From positions 12,335,275 to 12,399,274 of the forward strand of contig OZ316897.1 of the NCBI GenBank assembly GCA_973895155.1: 64,000 nucleotides of DNA, written 5' to 3'. Under the pieces are notes generated by a model, which saw only the letters and a list, made by a program, of their open reading frames with translations, searched no databases and had not been told where the DNA came from. This document shows, piece by piece, positions 1 through 14,462 of this stretch (within the stretch, counting starts at the first letter, position 1; each line of letters starts with the position of its first letter). The stretch is from Marsupella aquatica. Lineage: Eukaryota; Plantae; Marchantiophyta. A program made the translations under genes and the position numbers.

Positions 1-279
1 ATCCTCCCTCTCATTAGAAGGTTTCGCTCCCAATAGACGAATTGTAGAAAAAGTTCAGAGTTGTGGAGTGTGTAATGATCCTCCTATGCTGACGATGATA
101 GTGACTAAGTGTAGCGCCAGCATGCCTCGTCCAAATTACAAGTTTATCCGGTCTAAGGATGTTTTAACTTAAATGTAACCAATATTAGAAGGGCGCCATT
201 TGATTGGATCTTTTGTTTGAACTATTAAATTTTGTTTAATTGTTCAATTAATTTATTCACATTTTTGTTTGATGATAAA

Positions 280-532
280 GCTCTGGTTGTATTGCTTCAG
301 GATTTTTAAACGGCTCTTTAATTACCCCTGTCATTTGGAATATGGGAAGACAAATGGCCCCTTTTATCCACTTTGTTATTTTCACAAGAGTATTTTGACA
401 AACTATGGAAGCTCTGGTGCTTAGGTTATTTTAAACGGCTCTTTAATTACCCCTGTCATTTGGAATATGGGAAGACAAATTGCCCCTTTTATCCACTTTG
501 TTATTTTCACAAGAGAATTGTGACAAACTATG
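280..532. repeat. Two-copy tandem duplication, unit about 125-130 bp
   Basis: 'ttaaacggctctttaattacccctgtcatttggaatatgggaagacaaat..cccttttatccactttgttattttcacaagag' occurs at about 306 and again at about 431. Confidence 0.9.
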
Positions 533-1074
533 GTACTAAACTAGTATTACCAAGTCTTGAGGAGTGACAATGGTGGTTTAAGACAGGCTATTTTGACACG
601 TCCTCATGCATGAATGGCAATTGTCTAGTCATTAGGATAATTTCAGTGACACAACACAAAATAGAGTAAAGCTTGGTCAGAGTGTGGCCCTTAGCAGGAG
701 CAGCATGTGGATCCACTTTTGAAACCCCCCTTGCTCAGGTAGCTGGGGCGGCACCTCAATGTCACAGCCTGTTGCCTTCCTTACCATCTGTTGCCATACC
801 TCTCATAGGCCATCGTTGCTGCCGTCCACCACCGTTCGCCCCATCTGTTGCCATCCCTCTTATATTTGTCATTGCTGACGGCTGCCACTGTAAACCCTTG
901 TGTTCATTTGTCCTTGTATTTCCATGGATGGTTATGAGCCTATACCCCCCCCCCCCCCCTGCTAGCTTGGCCTGGGTTTATGAGATTTTGGTCCCCTTGG
1001 ATATTCCACTTGGAGGGTTATCCAATTTCAAGTCCATTGTGGAGGTAAGAGATAGAGTAAACCTACACTCAAGG

Positions 1075-1200
1075 CTTACATTGGTTAATCCATGATCACT
1101 CGGGGCCATAGCTATAACCCCCTGGGCTCACCCCCCACCCCCCCCCCCCCCCTCAAGGATTACACCCATAACCCCCTTGGAGCCATGGGTTACCCTACAC
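1075..1200 (+). repeat. Dispersed repeat (possible MITE remnant), related copies at 37068-37320
   Basis: Shared strings 'ggggccat(a/g)gct(a/g)taaccccct..ggctcacc' and 'atgggttaccctacac' here and at about 37130-37150 and 37200-37310. Confidence 0.55.
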
Positions 1201-1978
1201 TTCCTGCCGCCTGTTCCTTATCCCGTGTCTCTTGCCATCTGGTACCCTCCAAGTTCGACATTCGAACTGGGAAACAGAGAACTGCCGCGCATACAGAGTT
1301 CTCGACGGCAGAACCACCGGATGGAGAATGGACGGAATAATGGACGGCAACTATGACTGAAAGTGTTGGAGGGATGGATGAAATGAGAAGAGGGGGTGGA
1401 CGCTTACTGGGCAAGGTTCCATGGAGTCAGGGATGGTGAAGGGAAAGACAAGGATGTGCCCAAGGTTCTTGTCGTTTCCACTTTTGACGAGGAAACGAGA
1501 ATGGAATCGAGAAGAGTCTGAGATTGAACTCCAATTCAAGGTCGAGTCGCAATTTGTCGCTTTGTGGTTTTCATTGAAAAACGACCGCAGAAATCCGCCC
1601 GACCAGGAAATTGTGAGGAAGCCCAGAGAGAGGAAGGAAGCGCAGTAGCAAATTGGTTTGTTCCGAGAGGTGTGACGGAAGAGTGACAATGTTTGTGGCT
1701 GATTTAAGTAAGCCATGGATGTGAGCGTGGGAGAGATTGCGGTGCTGACCTATTTCGAGCGGACAGCTACAGATTCAATTTTCTTACTTCGGAGGATGAT
1801 TCTTTAGTAGGATTCAACTGAGAGGGGCCGCGGATTGGAAACAAGAAGAATTGACGGTCGATTTTCGGCGTGGAGGGTTTTGGAGAAGAAAGGTCATCCT
1901 TGAGAAGTAAAATCTGCCAACCTGGGTCCGGAAAGGGTTTCAGAAAGTGGTCCCGTTGCTCAAGAAGTGCCGGAAGAG

Positions 1979-4900
1979 ATGAGGCACGTCGTGACTGAGG
2001 TATTTTTGCTTATTGTAATTTTCGTCCTCGGGTGCAATCGACATTGACTCACAGGTCCTGAACAATGCTTATAAATAGAGATAAGAGAACTTAGTGCATC
2101 ACTGGTTTGCCAATCAATACTCAATTATTCTATTCACAGTTTCAAAGGACTGCAAAATGGCAATGGATGATTCGACAATTTGCATTTCGACCTCGTACAA
2201 AACACGATCTGCAAACTGTCAAACAAGAGACGTGAAAGGTCTTGTGTTGGACGATTTTCCCCAAGTATTTGATTCTGTCAGCAATATCTAAACTCTTTCT
2301 TTGCCGCATGAAAAGAGATGAATGCACCGAGTGCACACTTTCAGGTGAATGACGAGCCGTAGATATCGGATACGCTTATTCTTCGAACATTTTACTGTTT
2401 GATGTCTATGATCAGAATTTGACGATTGTGAATCATTCTGTTTAGCTCAAAACTTCCATAACTTTCGTGGTTAGCTCAGAGCATTGTGATTCTATTTTGC
2501 CTCCCAATTCCTTATTTCTGTAGGATGCATGATGGCTTTAATCACCTCCTGATTCTGAAAACTGAGAACTTAATGACCACACTGTACGGCGCGAATGACA
2601 TTATTCATCTCCCACGAATGAAACGTTCAGAAATCCTGTTACTTTAAGGAATATTGGTCGACTATTTCCAATTACTGTCAGGATTGTAACTAGTGTGTTG
2701 GAATTGCAGGCAAGCCTAAGCACAAGAGCACACCAGTGGTGGTCAGGGATTCCGTTTGTCACGGCAGGTCTTGTTGCATTTTGCTCAGTCATATATGTCA
2801 TACAACTGATCACTGGTTATGACTCATATTCCCAAATCTGCATGGAGCCTTACCTGGTGCTGTCGAGATACCAAGGTGAGCTCTATGGAATCCAAGACAC
2901 GAATGTGAGGACTTCGTTCCGGTAATCTGAAAATAATCATTTAGTGTGCATGGTTCATTACTGTATGACCTCCCTATGAACCACGAGATCAGTATGACAG
3001 AAAATCTTAGCTCTGGCTTTCACCCAATGGAGATTCTTGGAAGCAAACATGGGGCAGATATCTTTGAATTTGACATTTAGCCACATCGGTTGTATACTCA
3101 TTTCAGAGGACCTAAGATCTTTGCTTGTTGATTGTTGATTTGCTTGTGATCTTTGGTTCTCAGTTCTCAAAGACAGCCAGGTCTCACGCTCTCTTTACAT
3201 AACTGAATGGTTTCTTGAAACTATGGTTGGGCTTCGCAGTTTACAGAGTATTCACGTCCGTGTTCGTCCATGCGTCCATCATCCATGTGGTGTTCAACAT
3301 GCTCGCACTGGTGCCAATCGGAAGCGCACTTGAGCGCGTAATGGGCACAGTTCGGTTCTTCCATGTGATTCTGCTACTGATCGTGAGTAATGGTGTCATT
3401 CACGTTGGACTGGCATTCTTGGCTGCCTACAACCCGATCTACCCATATCCAGATTTGTCAGTTGAGTGTGGTATTGGCTTTTCGGGCGTCATATTTGCTT
3501 TAATCGTGATTGAGACCAATCTCAGTGGAACTCAAAATCGCAGGTAATTTGACTGACCTTATTTTTGTTCATACACTGTCCTGCGTCATGTGTGCCAGCG
3601 TCCAAATTACTTGGAAGGCCGGTATAAAAAGATGAATTTCTGAACTTTTCATTCTGTTGGAGTGATTCAATAAATGCCTGCCATTATTGACGATAGCTAT
3701 GATAGTATTGTCTTGGTGTCGTTACAACTAATTTACACATGAATTACCTGTCCGTGCAGCATTTTTGGTTTCTTCACTGTACCAGCAAAGGTGTAAGTTC
3801 CTTTCCCTTCTAGTGCATTCTCTGAATTAATTTCAGTGTAGACTCTAAATTGATTGAGGAGTTCTCCCCTGAGGTCATAATGACACTTCTCCACCGCAAT
3901 AAGATTTTGTTTTGGTATGCAAGTCAATGTACATGTTTGGGACATTCACTAATTCGAGACATGTGCGATTTAATCATCATTGCAAATTAGTTAGTGCTTC
4001 AACCTTGCCTTCGTAAGTTGAATTATACTGCTGTAGTAAGGCTAAATTGTTTTTGGGCTTGAAAGTCTAGTCCCATCACAATGAATGTTCCCTTGAACAA
4101 ATGCAGCTCATGAAAGGCATGTTAATGTTTAAGAATATTGAATTGGATGCCGATGAGACTTGTAGGGGCCTCTGTTAATTAAGGTTGCCTTCAACAAGGA
4201 ATCTGCACTTAGTTGCCCATTCAATTGACTTGACTTGGTGTTCGATTGAATTAAATATTTCTATCCCATCTAATGAATGCGTCGTTGGTGATTGATGCAG
4301 GTATCCATGGGCTTTACTATTTCTCTTTCAGTTGCTGATGCCAAGCGTATCTCTTCTGGGGCATCTGAGTGGCATTCTATCCGGATTTGCATGTATGAGC
4401 TTTTCGAAGTTTTCCCGAATTCACTTTTCTCTGCACTGTGTTGGAGTCATAAATGACTAGGTTAATTTGAGTTGACTTTGCGTGGGGAAGCTTGGAAAAC
4501 TTTCATAGCCACGAGTCGAGCTTTCGTTTGTGATACATGCTTTCATATTGGACAATTGCTTACGAATTTGTTTTTCAATGAAAGCATATCACTTTATGTC
4601 TCAGAATTCTAATATGTCACGCTTACAATATGTGCAGACACATTTGGCATGTATGAGAGGGCTCTCTGTGGACCTTCGGCTTACTCAGCTGTGGAGAATG
4701 CCACGGCTTTGGTGAGTTGGATTCGTGAATTATTTTTCTGTGGGTTTTGATCTATGTAGAGTCTGTAAAATATTCGAAGATCAAGGTGGCCGAAAGGTTT
4801 GTTTGCATCATAATAGGGCACATCACAAATCGCTGACTTCTGATAATGATTTTTCCCCAGGGGTCTGTTGTCCGAAGACCAGGTTTTATCGTTGGTGGAA

Positions 4901-6807
4901 GCTCCGCTGCTGGCAATCTCCCTTCCTTTTCTACTGGTCGTTTCTCCTTTTCTACTGGTCGGTTTAGGTGAGTTGCTTCATGTTGATTACTGAGGGGTGT
5001 TGAAAATGAAAGTTGTCTTGTCCTCTGTCTCAGATAAGACCTTGTTTAATGATGTATTAATTCTACATTAATGCAGTGGAGGGCTTCAACGACTCAGAAA
5101 TTTGTGGAGTGGCGTGCAAACCTATGCTCCCATACGCGAGACTGCTGTAGACGAGGTATTCTATTTCACCACTTTTGACTGATTCTGGAGGCAGGAAGAT
5201 GTCTTAATTCAGAATTTGTAAGAGAGTATTCTATATATTTCAGTGGTGAAGACCATTCTTCGGGCTTACATACAGCCAATAATCTTTGGTATGATGGTTC
5301 ACTTACGCGCCTGTGTGACACTCCTTTTCGTCGTGGCAGAGATTCCCGGGGAGAGGTCGGACCGTAGGCTCCGTCAATGGACCTCCCCCGCCGCAAGTTA
5401 GTTCAGACGATAGCGGTAGAGATCGAACCCTAGGCTCTGCCCCAACTCACAGTAGTCCAGATGGCAAAGGTAGAGGTCGCACCGTAGGCTCAATCAACGG
5501 AATTCCCCCAAAGCAGACTAGTCCAGAAGGCAGAGCTTCCAACAACAACAGAGGAAGTCTTAATTCCGGTTCGGTGGAAATGCAAGCAGTGAGAACATCG
5601 CCACCAGTTGCAAGGTAAATTGAAATAGTGCCGCAGGTAACTGACGTCCTTTAATTGTCCAGAATTGTTCAGAAAGTCGAAGACCACTTTTTCCATCATG
5701 CTTAACATCTCCTTATGCTGATGATAGACCTAGGTAATGATCTTTCCGTGCAATGGGGTTCAGAAGAATGGTCTTACTGAATGAACTCGAAAATCCAGCC
5801 TCGTATTGGATGAATGATGTTCTTACTCGACTGCGTGGTCTAGAAATTGTGGTAGCCATTCTAGATCAAGGTGTGGGGAACAGCAGTGAGTAAGAGTAGT
5901 ACTAGTCCGCTAATCGTACAATCGTCTGTTTGGGCAGGCAGGTTAGTCCAGGATTGAGTTCTCAAGTGCCAGGCTTCCCAACAGCAAATCAGGTTGGCTG
6001 GGGCCTGTTACATTATTATTATCATTATAATTTTATTGCGTAGAACGAGTATTATTGTTATAGGTTGTTTTCATAGACGACTGGCTTTGCTGACGTCCAG
6101 AATTTCTTTCTTTGGCACGCACACACATAGTCTTACACTTCAACTATTACGGGGATGATTATCTCTTTAGAAACTCCTATCGGGGGCTAATAGGTGGGTT
6201 TGACACGTGCTTTACAGCTTCAAAATGAATCTTCTGCTCTTCAAGATCTTGTGGCCATGGGTTTTGAGAAGGTATGATGATTGTGAATACGGTTGTGATG
6301 ACAGTAGCTGTTTTTTTCTCAGATTAGGAGGCAAATTGATGTCAAGTTGTAGTTGCTTCTATTATACCATGGACAATTGTCTGTTTCATTTGTCGGGCAT
6401 GTTTCTACATGTTGATGCACGTGGTTGCTTGTAATGGTTGGATGCTGTTATTCCTCAGACGAAAGCCGTTCACGCCTTGGCTGCTTCTAATGGAGATGTC
6501 ACTTTGGCGGTTGAGTTTCTGAGTGCTGAGGTAAGTCTTCCTCCGTTTTTGAAAATGAAAACAAGGAAAGCTGACATGCAGTTTTTTAAAGTAAGGAAGA
6601 TTAAAATGGTTGGAAGATATACAATTGTAAATATATGGTGTGTTTTGTGTACATGAACTTGGTTTTTGCCTCCTATCATTCAGACAAACGCTGTGTTTGC
6701 CTTGGTTACTTAGAATGGAGCTGTCACTTTGGTAGTTGAGTTTCTGGGCGCTGAGGTAATTCTTGCGGCCATTGACTTCGTCTTTGTGATTGATGCAGGG
6801 ACAGTGA
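1979..6807 (+). CDS. RBL15: Rhomboid-like protein 15 type (rhomboid + SHP-like motif + UBA), about 13 exons
   Basis: Spliced frame rebuilt with GT-AG introns: MRHVVTE (1979-1999) / ASLSTRAHQWWSGIPFVT (from 2710) / HVVFNMLAL..GIGFSG (catalytic Ser motif) / SLLGHLSGILSG (catalytic His) / RFPGRGRTVG / LVAMGFEK / AVHALAASNGDVTLAVEFL / GQ-stop at 6799-6807. Confidence 0.9.
6684..6755 (+). other. Diverged duplicate of the 72-nt UBA exon (6459-6530) with an in-frame TAG
   Basis: Same length, flanked by AG and GT; reads TNAVFALVT*NGAVTLVVEFLGAE versus TKAVHALAASNGDVTLAVEFLSAE. Confidence 0.85.
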
Positions 6808-9133
6808 AAACAAACAGTCATTCTCCAGGCCAATGCGGACGTCATTTTTGTCCACTTTAAGTTCCAGAACGAAACATGTTAACATAAAATCTTGCTGGTG
6901 TCAAGAAACGAGGCCAAACTATACTAAATTGCAAAGAGTAATCTATCTGAGTACGCTAAGATATCTACTGGCAGAATGTACCATTGAGAGTAGGAACGTC
7001 ATTCAAATTCCTGAGCTACACTTTTGGCGACAGATGAAAGAAGTACCCGGATGCACTTGTTTTGACGATGGCATACAACTGTCAAATTTGGAGGTAGATT
7101 CTGGACGACAATTCAACGCTACCTATGGGAAGTCTCTCCCATCTTCTTACTAAGGACTAGTATGAGGAAAATGGTCTGAAGCTTGTAGATGTAAGCTAGG
7201 AATAGCAGCTCTGAAGTTTTGTCATAACGAGGTATATTTAGTCGACATTTGAGGGGTTTGTACACATAACCTCCATATTGTAGTGCCAGTCGTATTCATG
7301 CATTGGTTAATTCTTGCGGGGAAAATGTACAAACACTAACGTAGGGGCTGTGCACAATTACCCGCGGCTGTTATACCCTCTACAAACGAGGATTCTACTT
7401 TGCACTTCCTGTAAGTTTAAGAATTGCTCGGTGCGAAATTTGTCAGTAGGCTGTTACTCATAAAGGAAGAAGTTCCTACAAGTGAAAGGTGTCTTCTTGA
7501 GCTACAACAAATGCATAAAAAGGTTGACAGCAGCTTTCCTAGGTTCGGTTTTGAAGTGTGGCCCTCTGCGTGCTATCCACTCCCACCTCAATCGACGACG
7601 TGGCGTAACAATTATTCAATTGCTTTACCTTTTTGTTGAATCAGAAATATTTGATGTAGGCCCACCTTAAGTTACTCCATAGTCTATGAACTGCCGGTAG
7701 GAGTAACAGTCTATTGGGAGGGTGCAAAATTGATTTAGAACTTCATTTAATTATCCCAGACTCGGAATGGAGGTGGTGAAAATTGGCATGGATCTAAATG
7801 AGGACACTGGCCTTTCCGAGAATGACGATGGGGATGTTGATCTTTGCCCAAATTTAAGCTCATGTATCGGTTCGCCTTTGGTTGCGTTCTCTGCGAGTCA
7901 CACCTTTACATTAGTGTTTCAGGTTGTCGTTTCCTGAGCAACATGACCAATTAGCAAAGACGATGGGGGACAACTTACTGTGCCCTTCGGTTAGGGAGAC
8001 GATGGTAAACTTTTTCAACCATATTTTCAGTCAACGCATCTTTGAATTTATTACTACTGTAGCTCATTGCTAACGTGAAAGGGGTGTACAGTCTCCAATT
8101 TTTTGGTAATTGGTTTATGGCGGTTTCCCTATTGCGTACTGTACACACCCAAACTACCTACCTATAGTAGTTGGGACCCTAGGAGAACCCAACCGAAGAC
8201 TACATCGACTGGCAGGATCATTCTGTAGTCTGTACCAGTCCACGGGTTCCTTATCCTGCTGACGTGCTACCGATTGGCGAAGATCCGTGAGAAGAAATAC
8301 TGGACGTGGCAGTGAGGATGATGGGAATAATGATGTGGCACTGAAAAATCCAGTGAGCACAGCCACTCGGGTTAACCTGCCCCCATACGTAAGACCACTC
8401 AGGAATCCTAATTGGGCAGAGGGTATCCGAAACTTTCAGACCAAGAAAGTTTTCTGTAAGCTGGACTGAAAAAGTTACATAAGTCCAATTGCTTCGCTTT
8501 CTCTAAATTCTGTGTGATGGCAGGCATTCTACAGCCCTTGTGACTGAAGGAGGTAAAAAACAAAAAACTGACTCTTTCAAGACTAGAGATTGCTCTGGGC
8601 ACATATATTGGTCGTAGGCTGAACATCTAGAACGCTGAGGTCAAGTATGTAGTTGGGGATCTTTCTGGATGTTCATGTAGTTGAGGTCTATTAAAGTTTA
8701 ACACAGCCCATCAGACCTCAAGATTGTGTTTCCAAGTACATTTTAGGGAAGATGGTCTTGGTTTGGATAGAAAAGTCTCACAGGCAGAGATGATCGTGCC
8801 TTTCAGCTTTATTCATTACAGATGTGGTTGCCTCCAGTTGCCTCCAGTTGTATTTAAGTAAGGAGAACATGCTGCATCAGTTTTCTACAACTCCAAGGCT
8901 CGCTCACCGAATTGCGGAATGGTACATATTTCGGGAGGCACGAGTCTCATTGTAAAAACAATTTGCATTCACGTGATCATAACTTTTCAAGCCAATTGGC
9001 GAAACACCTCGAGTCAAAAAACGCAGGTACAATAGTTTCGTAAAGCTATCATAAACGAAACTGAGTTCGTACCCATTCGATCCTCAGCAAATAATATAGT
9101 ACAGGATAAAGAATTACAAAGATCCCCGTGTGT

Positions 9134-10480
9134 TTATGCGGTTGCAGCGAGTGTTGGAACATTCTGCTCAAGATATGTCTGCAATTTCTCCTTAGTTAGG
9201 GCACCTTCCCTGTGGGTGTTTGGCACTACCTCTCCATTTACGAACAAAATGAGGGTTGGCAGACCATACACGTCATACTTTTCAACTAACCCTTCATTGC
9301 CGTCCGCCTCAATCTTCACGCATTTTACCTTCCCATCATAATGCTGGAAACAATGAAACAAGAGTAAGAAACGATGATCTCCCCAAACTCCTCTCCTCTC
9401 TGCTTTTCGACATAGAACACAGCAGCTAAATAGGACATGAATTTCCGGCCATGAGATGTATTAAAAAGCATTCATAAAAGTAAGACTACAAGGAAGTAAT
9501 AGATCCATTCAAAAAATGCAGCACCCTTCGAATCGGGGTTTTCAGGTTGGCAGCTGTTTAGTAGGGAAGACGAGCACTTCGTCTCAAAAAAGCTCTAAAT
9601 CTCATTAACTTCTAGTTAATCCATCAAGAGATCTAACCAAAGATACGGCAAGTCGAGAAAGAGTAAATCTCCTGGTCCACCCGTTCGTACACGAACGATG
9701 CTAGTTCGTGCCTGACTCGGCTTTCCATATAGTGAGTGTTTGGGTCACTATGTCCTAACCCACAACGAACTGACAGCATATCTTTCAAATGCAAGACATA
9801 TTGTTTTAACAATTTCATATCCGTGACGAAGGATTGCAATCGACTCTATACAGCAATGAAGAGCCATATGAATCCCAGGAGAACGATGACGCCTAACGAT
9901 GACTTAGTAACGAACAAATTTACATCGTTGAAATTCCAAACGGCGAGAGAATTCACTGTTTTCTGTAATAACATACATTGAAGAAAAGCATAGACAACCG
10001 CCAAACACGAGGCTTGGAGCTGGGTTTGGAATACCAACCAAACTAGTAGCTCAAGAAAACGACAGAGATGGAGAAAAAGTTTTATACCTGCGCAGCCCAA
10101 TCGAGAGAGAGCGCCATCAGTCTGCAAGGACCACACCACGAAGCCCAAAAATCCACCAGCACGGGGACCGGGGATTTGAGAACCTCCACCTCGAATTGGC
10201 TCTCGCTAACGCTCGCCGCCTTCTTCATGGCCTGGGCAATACATTGCTGCCTGCCAGCTCCTACCCTCGACGATTGCTGCCTGTGTTGCCGCTGCTGCTT
10301 CTGCTGCCATCGCAAAGCCCTCAGATCTTTCGTTTTGTTCACCAATCCAACCACCGGAACCAAACTCTGCGCTCTTGGCCATGACCCTTCTAATTTCCTA
10401 CAGGATTGAGAAGAAGCTGAGGCTAAGGCTGAGGCCCCCACGGCCGCTGTCCCCCATCCAGAAATCAACGCAGCGGACAT
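9134..10480 (-). CDS. TRX-x: Plastid thioredoxin, x type; exons 10480-10088 and 9343-9134
   Basis: WCGPC active site; C-terminal [20 protein letters not shown] typical of Trx x; Ala/Ser/Arg-rich N-terminal extension resembling a transit peptide; phase-0 GT-AG intron. Confidence 0.88.
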
Positions 10481-12599
10481 TCTTTCCACAATCTAGTCTC
10501 GTACGAACTCTAACGTAAGTGGTTCTGAATTGCAGCCTGCCTTTACGGAATTTCAGGCTGCCTGCCTTCTGGAAGCTGGAGGGTGATGTCTGCTCTCGTA
10601 CGTATCTCTCGGACAGTCGGTGCTGTTGTTGGCGAGCCCTCAACTATCTGCCTCAGCGTGCTTAGCGAAACATAAATCTCCCCAAACCACAGTTCTTTCC
10701 TTCTCTTCTGTTCACCTTCCCGTTCCGTTCGTCTCCCACTGTTCGTTCCTTCGAATCCTTCCCCCGACCCTTCCAATCCGTCCACCAAGCAAGGTCACAA
10801 ATTCTCCAGATTCATGTGCCTCACGATTTGGTAGGCCCAGTACACCAAATCTCTCTCTCTCTCTCTCGATCGACCCAGTTCCCTTCCGTGGAACCTCGCC
10901 CTGCACCTCTGCTGTTTCGCGACCTCGGATAACTTTCGTCGTCTCTCTCCTGTTGCGGCCCAAATCCTTCACCTCCGCTTGCTACAGATGATGTCCCGGG
11001 CCAGTCAGCCTCGCTTCATCAATCTCTCTCCGGATTTGCAGGCAGAAGCACTGGAGCAGCAACAGTGGTACACAGAAGAGAGAGTGGCAGAGGGGAGACG
11101 CCCACGTAATCAATCCATCATTTGGAGCTACAGAAGAAGCGTTCAGAGAAGCAGAGAAAGGAACACGGGGGGCCGGAGGAAGGGACGACAGCCATCGCCA
11201 GGAATTTGGAGCATCGCTCCTGACTCTTCGAGAGGCGGAGGGATAGGGCCGCCATGGCTGTGGGGCGGAGAGGGTTTCGTTTCTGGCTTTGCGAACTGCG
11301 AGCTCGACATTTATTCGTGGACATGGATTTATTCCTTGCGATAGCATTAAGGGTGAGCCAGATAATAAATACTCTCTTGTTTTGTTTTGTTTTTATTTAT
11401 TTTTATTTTGAACATCAGGAAACCAAAGCCCTGATGGACATCTCCCAGTATAGTGTGTAAAACAATTGTAGCTTTTATAACAAAAAGAAAAAAATAGTCT
11501 AGACTTCATGGTGATCCTGAGTAATAACATGAAGTCTTGAAGTCTTTCAGGTTCAAGGTCATCAAGTTGACAAGTTACCAAGGAAACGGGTTCCATAATG
11601 TAATTGAAATTAGTTTTGTGGACCCCTTGGCTAATAAAATCAGGGGGAAGAGTCTATCTGAGCCGTCTCCATTTCTTATCTCCGGAAATCTTGTCCGTCC
11701 ATCATAATGGCCAATCTATGGCTCAAAGGAAAGATCTCAAATAGATCTATGGATGGGTTCTGTCCGTTTTGCAAATGGGTTAATATTTTTCAAATGAAAA
11801 ATTAAAAGAATCCAAGCCTTCCTAGTCGTCGATTTTGTTGATTTTATGATCTTTGCCGTCCATTTTGTAATGCCTCTAGAAATCGTATTCATCCATATTA
11901 GAAGGCGATCTAGCATGCAAAAGAAAAATCTCAATGAGATCTACGATTGGGTATTTTTTGTTTTGAGAATGAGTGAATAGTTTTGAGTATAAAATTCGAT
12001 GAACTTTCAAGATTCCAGCCATTCCTCCTCCCCTATCTTGGGTTTCTATGTGCTCTTCCCAGCATTAATGGCCATACAATATGAGAGGTCCTTACATACC
12101 AGGAGTTGCGGTTTAACAAGGAAGTTATCAAGTTAGTTATTAGTCATTATTTATTATATGAAAAATTATTTTTATAAATCTTTGAATTTAGGTTTTAAAA
12201 TTGGAAATGTTACTAAAACGGTTAACCGTCTTGCTCTTTGCATTTCCAATGTTTTTACTTTTCTTTTTACGGCATGGCATCCCAAAATTTACACCCAAAT
12301 TGACACAAACACGAATGAAAACTATAAATTTGATTCACAAAACCGACGAGTCTTGTGTGTTGCGGTTGTTGTTGATGTGGCACGCTGTGGTGCGAGGAAT
12401 TTTGGAAGGGACCTCTAGTGGGGTCCGTAACCAGCCGCAAACCTTAAGGAGACTATTTACAAGTCACATTTAAGTCAAAAGTATTTAAGAGTGTTATCTG
12501 AGTCAGCTTAAATATTCTAAGCCAGTCTATCCAAGATTTGCCAGTCCATCTGGGCTTCACAGACAGTGTGGAGGTCCATCAAGGCTTTAGTTTCCATGG

Positions 12600-13200
12600 G
12601 CTAGACCATTCTCTTGTTTTTATATTTTAAAATTTGGAAATTCCCTGTAGATTCATTTTTCTTCCTGGAAACAATGAATGTAAAGCCATTTATTCGTGGA
12701 CATGGATTTATTCAAAGATATAAGGTAAGGCCAGGCCAAAATATTAATCACTGGTTTCCATGTTTTGTTCTGAAAATAATGCATACATTCATTTTTCTTC
12801 CAGGAAAAAAAGGAATATAAAGCCATTTGTAAGTGGAAATGGATTTATTCTAGGATATAAGAAGGGGCTAGGCCACAATATTATTCTGTTATTCTAATTC
12901 TTAATTTTTAAAACTATGCATACATTCATTTTCTTCCATGAAACAAGGAATATAAAGCCATGTATTAGTCGGGGTATTAGTGGACCTGAATTTATTCCAG
13001 GATATAACAGGGGCAGGATTCTCTTGTTTTCATTTTTATTAAGCTTGAAAATAATGCATACATTCATTTTTCTTCCAGGAATATGAAGTATTCTAGTCGT
13101 GGATATGGAGTCATTCCAGGATATGTAGAGTCTCCTGTTTTTATTTCTTATCTCAAAATAATGTAAACATCCAAAAGTAATCATTCATTATTCCATGAAA
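12600..13200. repeat. Degenerate AT-rich tandem array, about 4 units of 130-150 bp
   Basis: Recurrent 'tgcatacattcatttt(t)cttcca', 'taaagccat' and 'ggatttattc..ggatata'; 'tttattcgtggacatggatttattc' also at about 11310. Confidence 0.7.
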
Positions 13201-14290
13201 TAATGGTAGGTAAATTCTAATAGACTAATTTTCATTGTGTTAATTCAAAATATTAGGGCTTGAGTTTTTAATGTCTCCTCCTTCTCTAGTTGACTTGGAG
13301 GTGAGAAACAAAAAAAAATTATATAAAGACTGGTAGTCATCCAGTTATAAGCCAAAACTCCAAACACCAAATACTTTTGGTAGCATTAATCTAATAGAAT
13401 TTCTCTTGTTTTCAATTTTAGATTTCAAAACTAATCCATGCATTGAAAAGTCAGTGTTTATATGATACTTTGGAGGTTTTACAAGTACCGCAACATTGTG
13501 TAGAATTCTGGCAACGTCACACACAAGAAACAAGCAAGCATGCACACTCCGACACAAGAGATACATGGTTTGCCTTCTTCAAGGCTACATCCACAAGAAT
13601 GCATGAGCTTTACCAAGTTTTTGGAAAAAAATCCATGTGGGATGAGTATTTGAGGGCTTGTCCCTCAAGGATCTGACAATTGCTGGCCAAACACCCTTCC
13701 TATTAATGATTTAAACTTTCTTTGCTAGTCACATATCTTCTTTTTTAAACCACACTGTTCATTGCAATGTCATGCATGTTTTTCTCCCAAGTTTGTAATT
13801 TTTGCAAAACCTAATTTGAGCCTTGTTGGTAACTTGGCAAGTGAGGCCCTAGGATCAATAATTCATGCCTCGCAACAAGATCTTCAACCAAACTATACTT
13901 CATGTTCAAACTTTGCGGCTCCTTATCCACGTAAGGCTACTGTCAATCTTGAGCTTCATGCAAAATGCGCTAGCTTGGTCCAAGTTCACAGGCTTTGGAT
14001 ACAGATACCAGTTCAAATAATGGTAAAGCAAACATGATGAATGTACACTCCCACACGGGATAATATCAATGCAACAGAAATTTTCTTAGTTGCAAGTCAG
14101 ATCTACCATACATGAAAACTTTTCAGATGTATTGATTGGAGGGATTGAATTCCATCATCCAGACTTCTAATTTATACAAATACAAGCTACTAAATTGATT
14201 TTGCAATGCTTATCACATCACGCTTGGGATAGCACAAACCCAAAGGAGACACTCTGTTTAAGCCTTAGTCACTTCTACTAGCTATCATGA

Positions 14291-14462
14291 ATGAATTTAA
14301 GCTCTCTCAAACTATCAATCAACCAGCTAGAATATTGATAGGTGAAGCCAAAACAGAGTCAACCTTCACTGCATCAGGAATGAATTTAAGCTCTCTCAAA
14401 CTATCAATCAACCAGCTAGAATATTGATAGGTGAAGCCAAAACAGAGTCATGCTTCACTGAA

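Noticed and set aside
673-1716. Short ORFs upstream of RBL15
   Set aside because: They span poly-C runs, repeat remnants and probable leader sequence; no homology recognised
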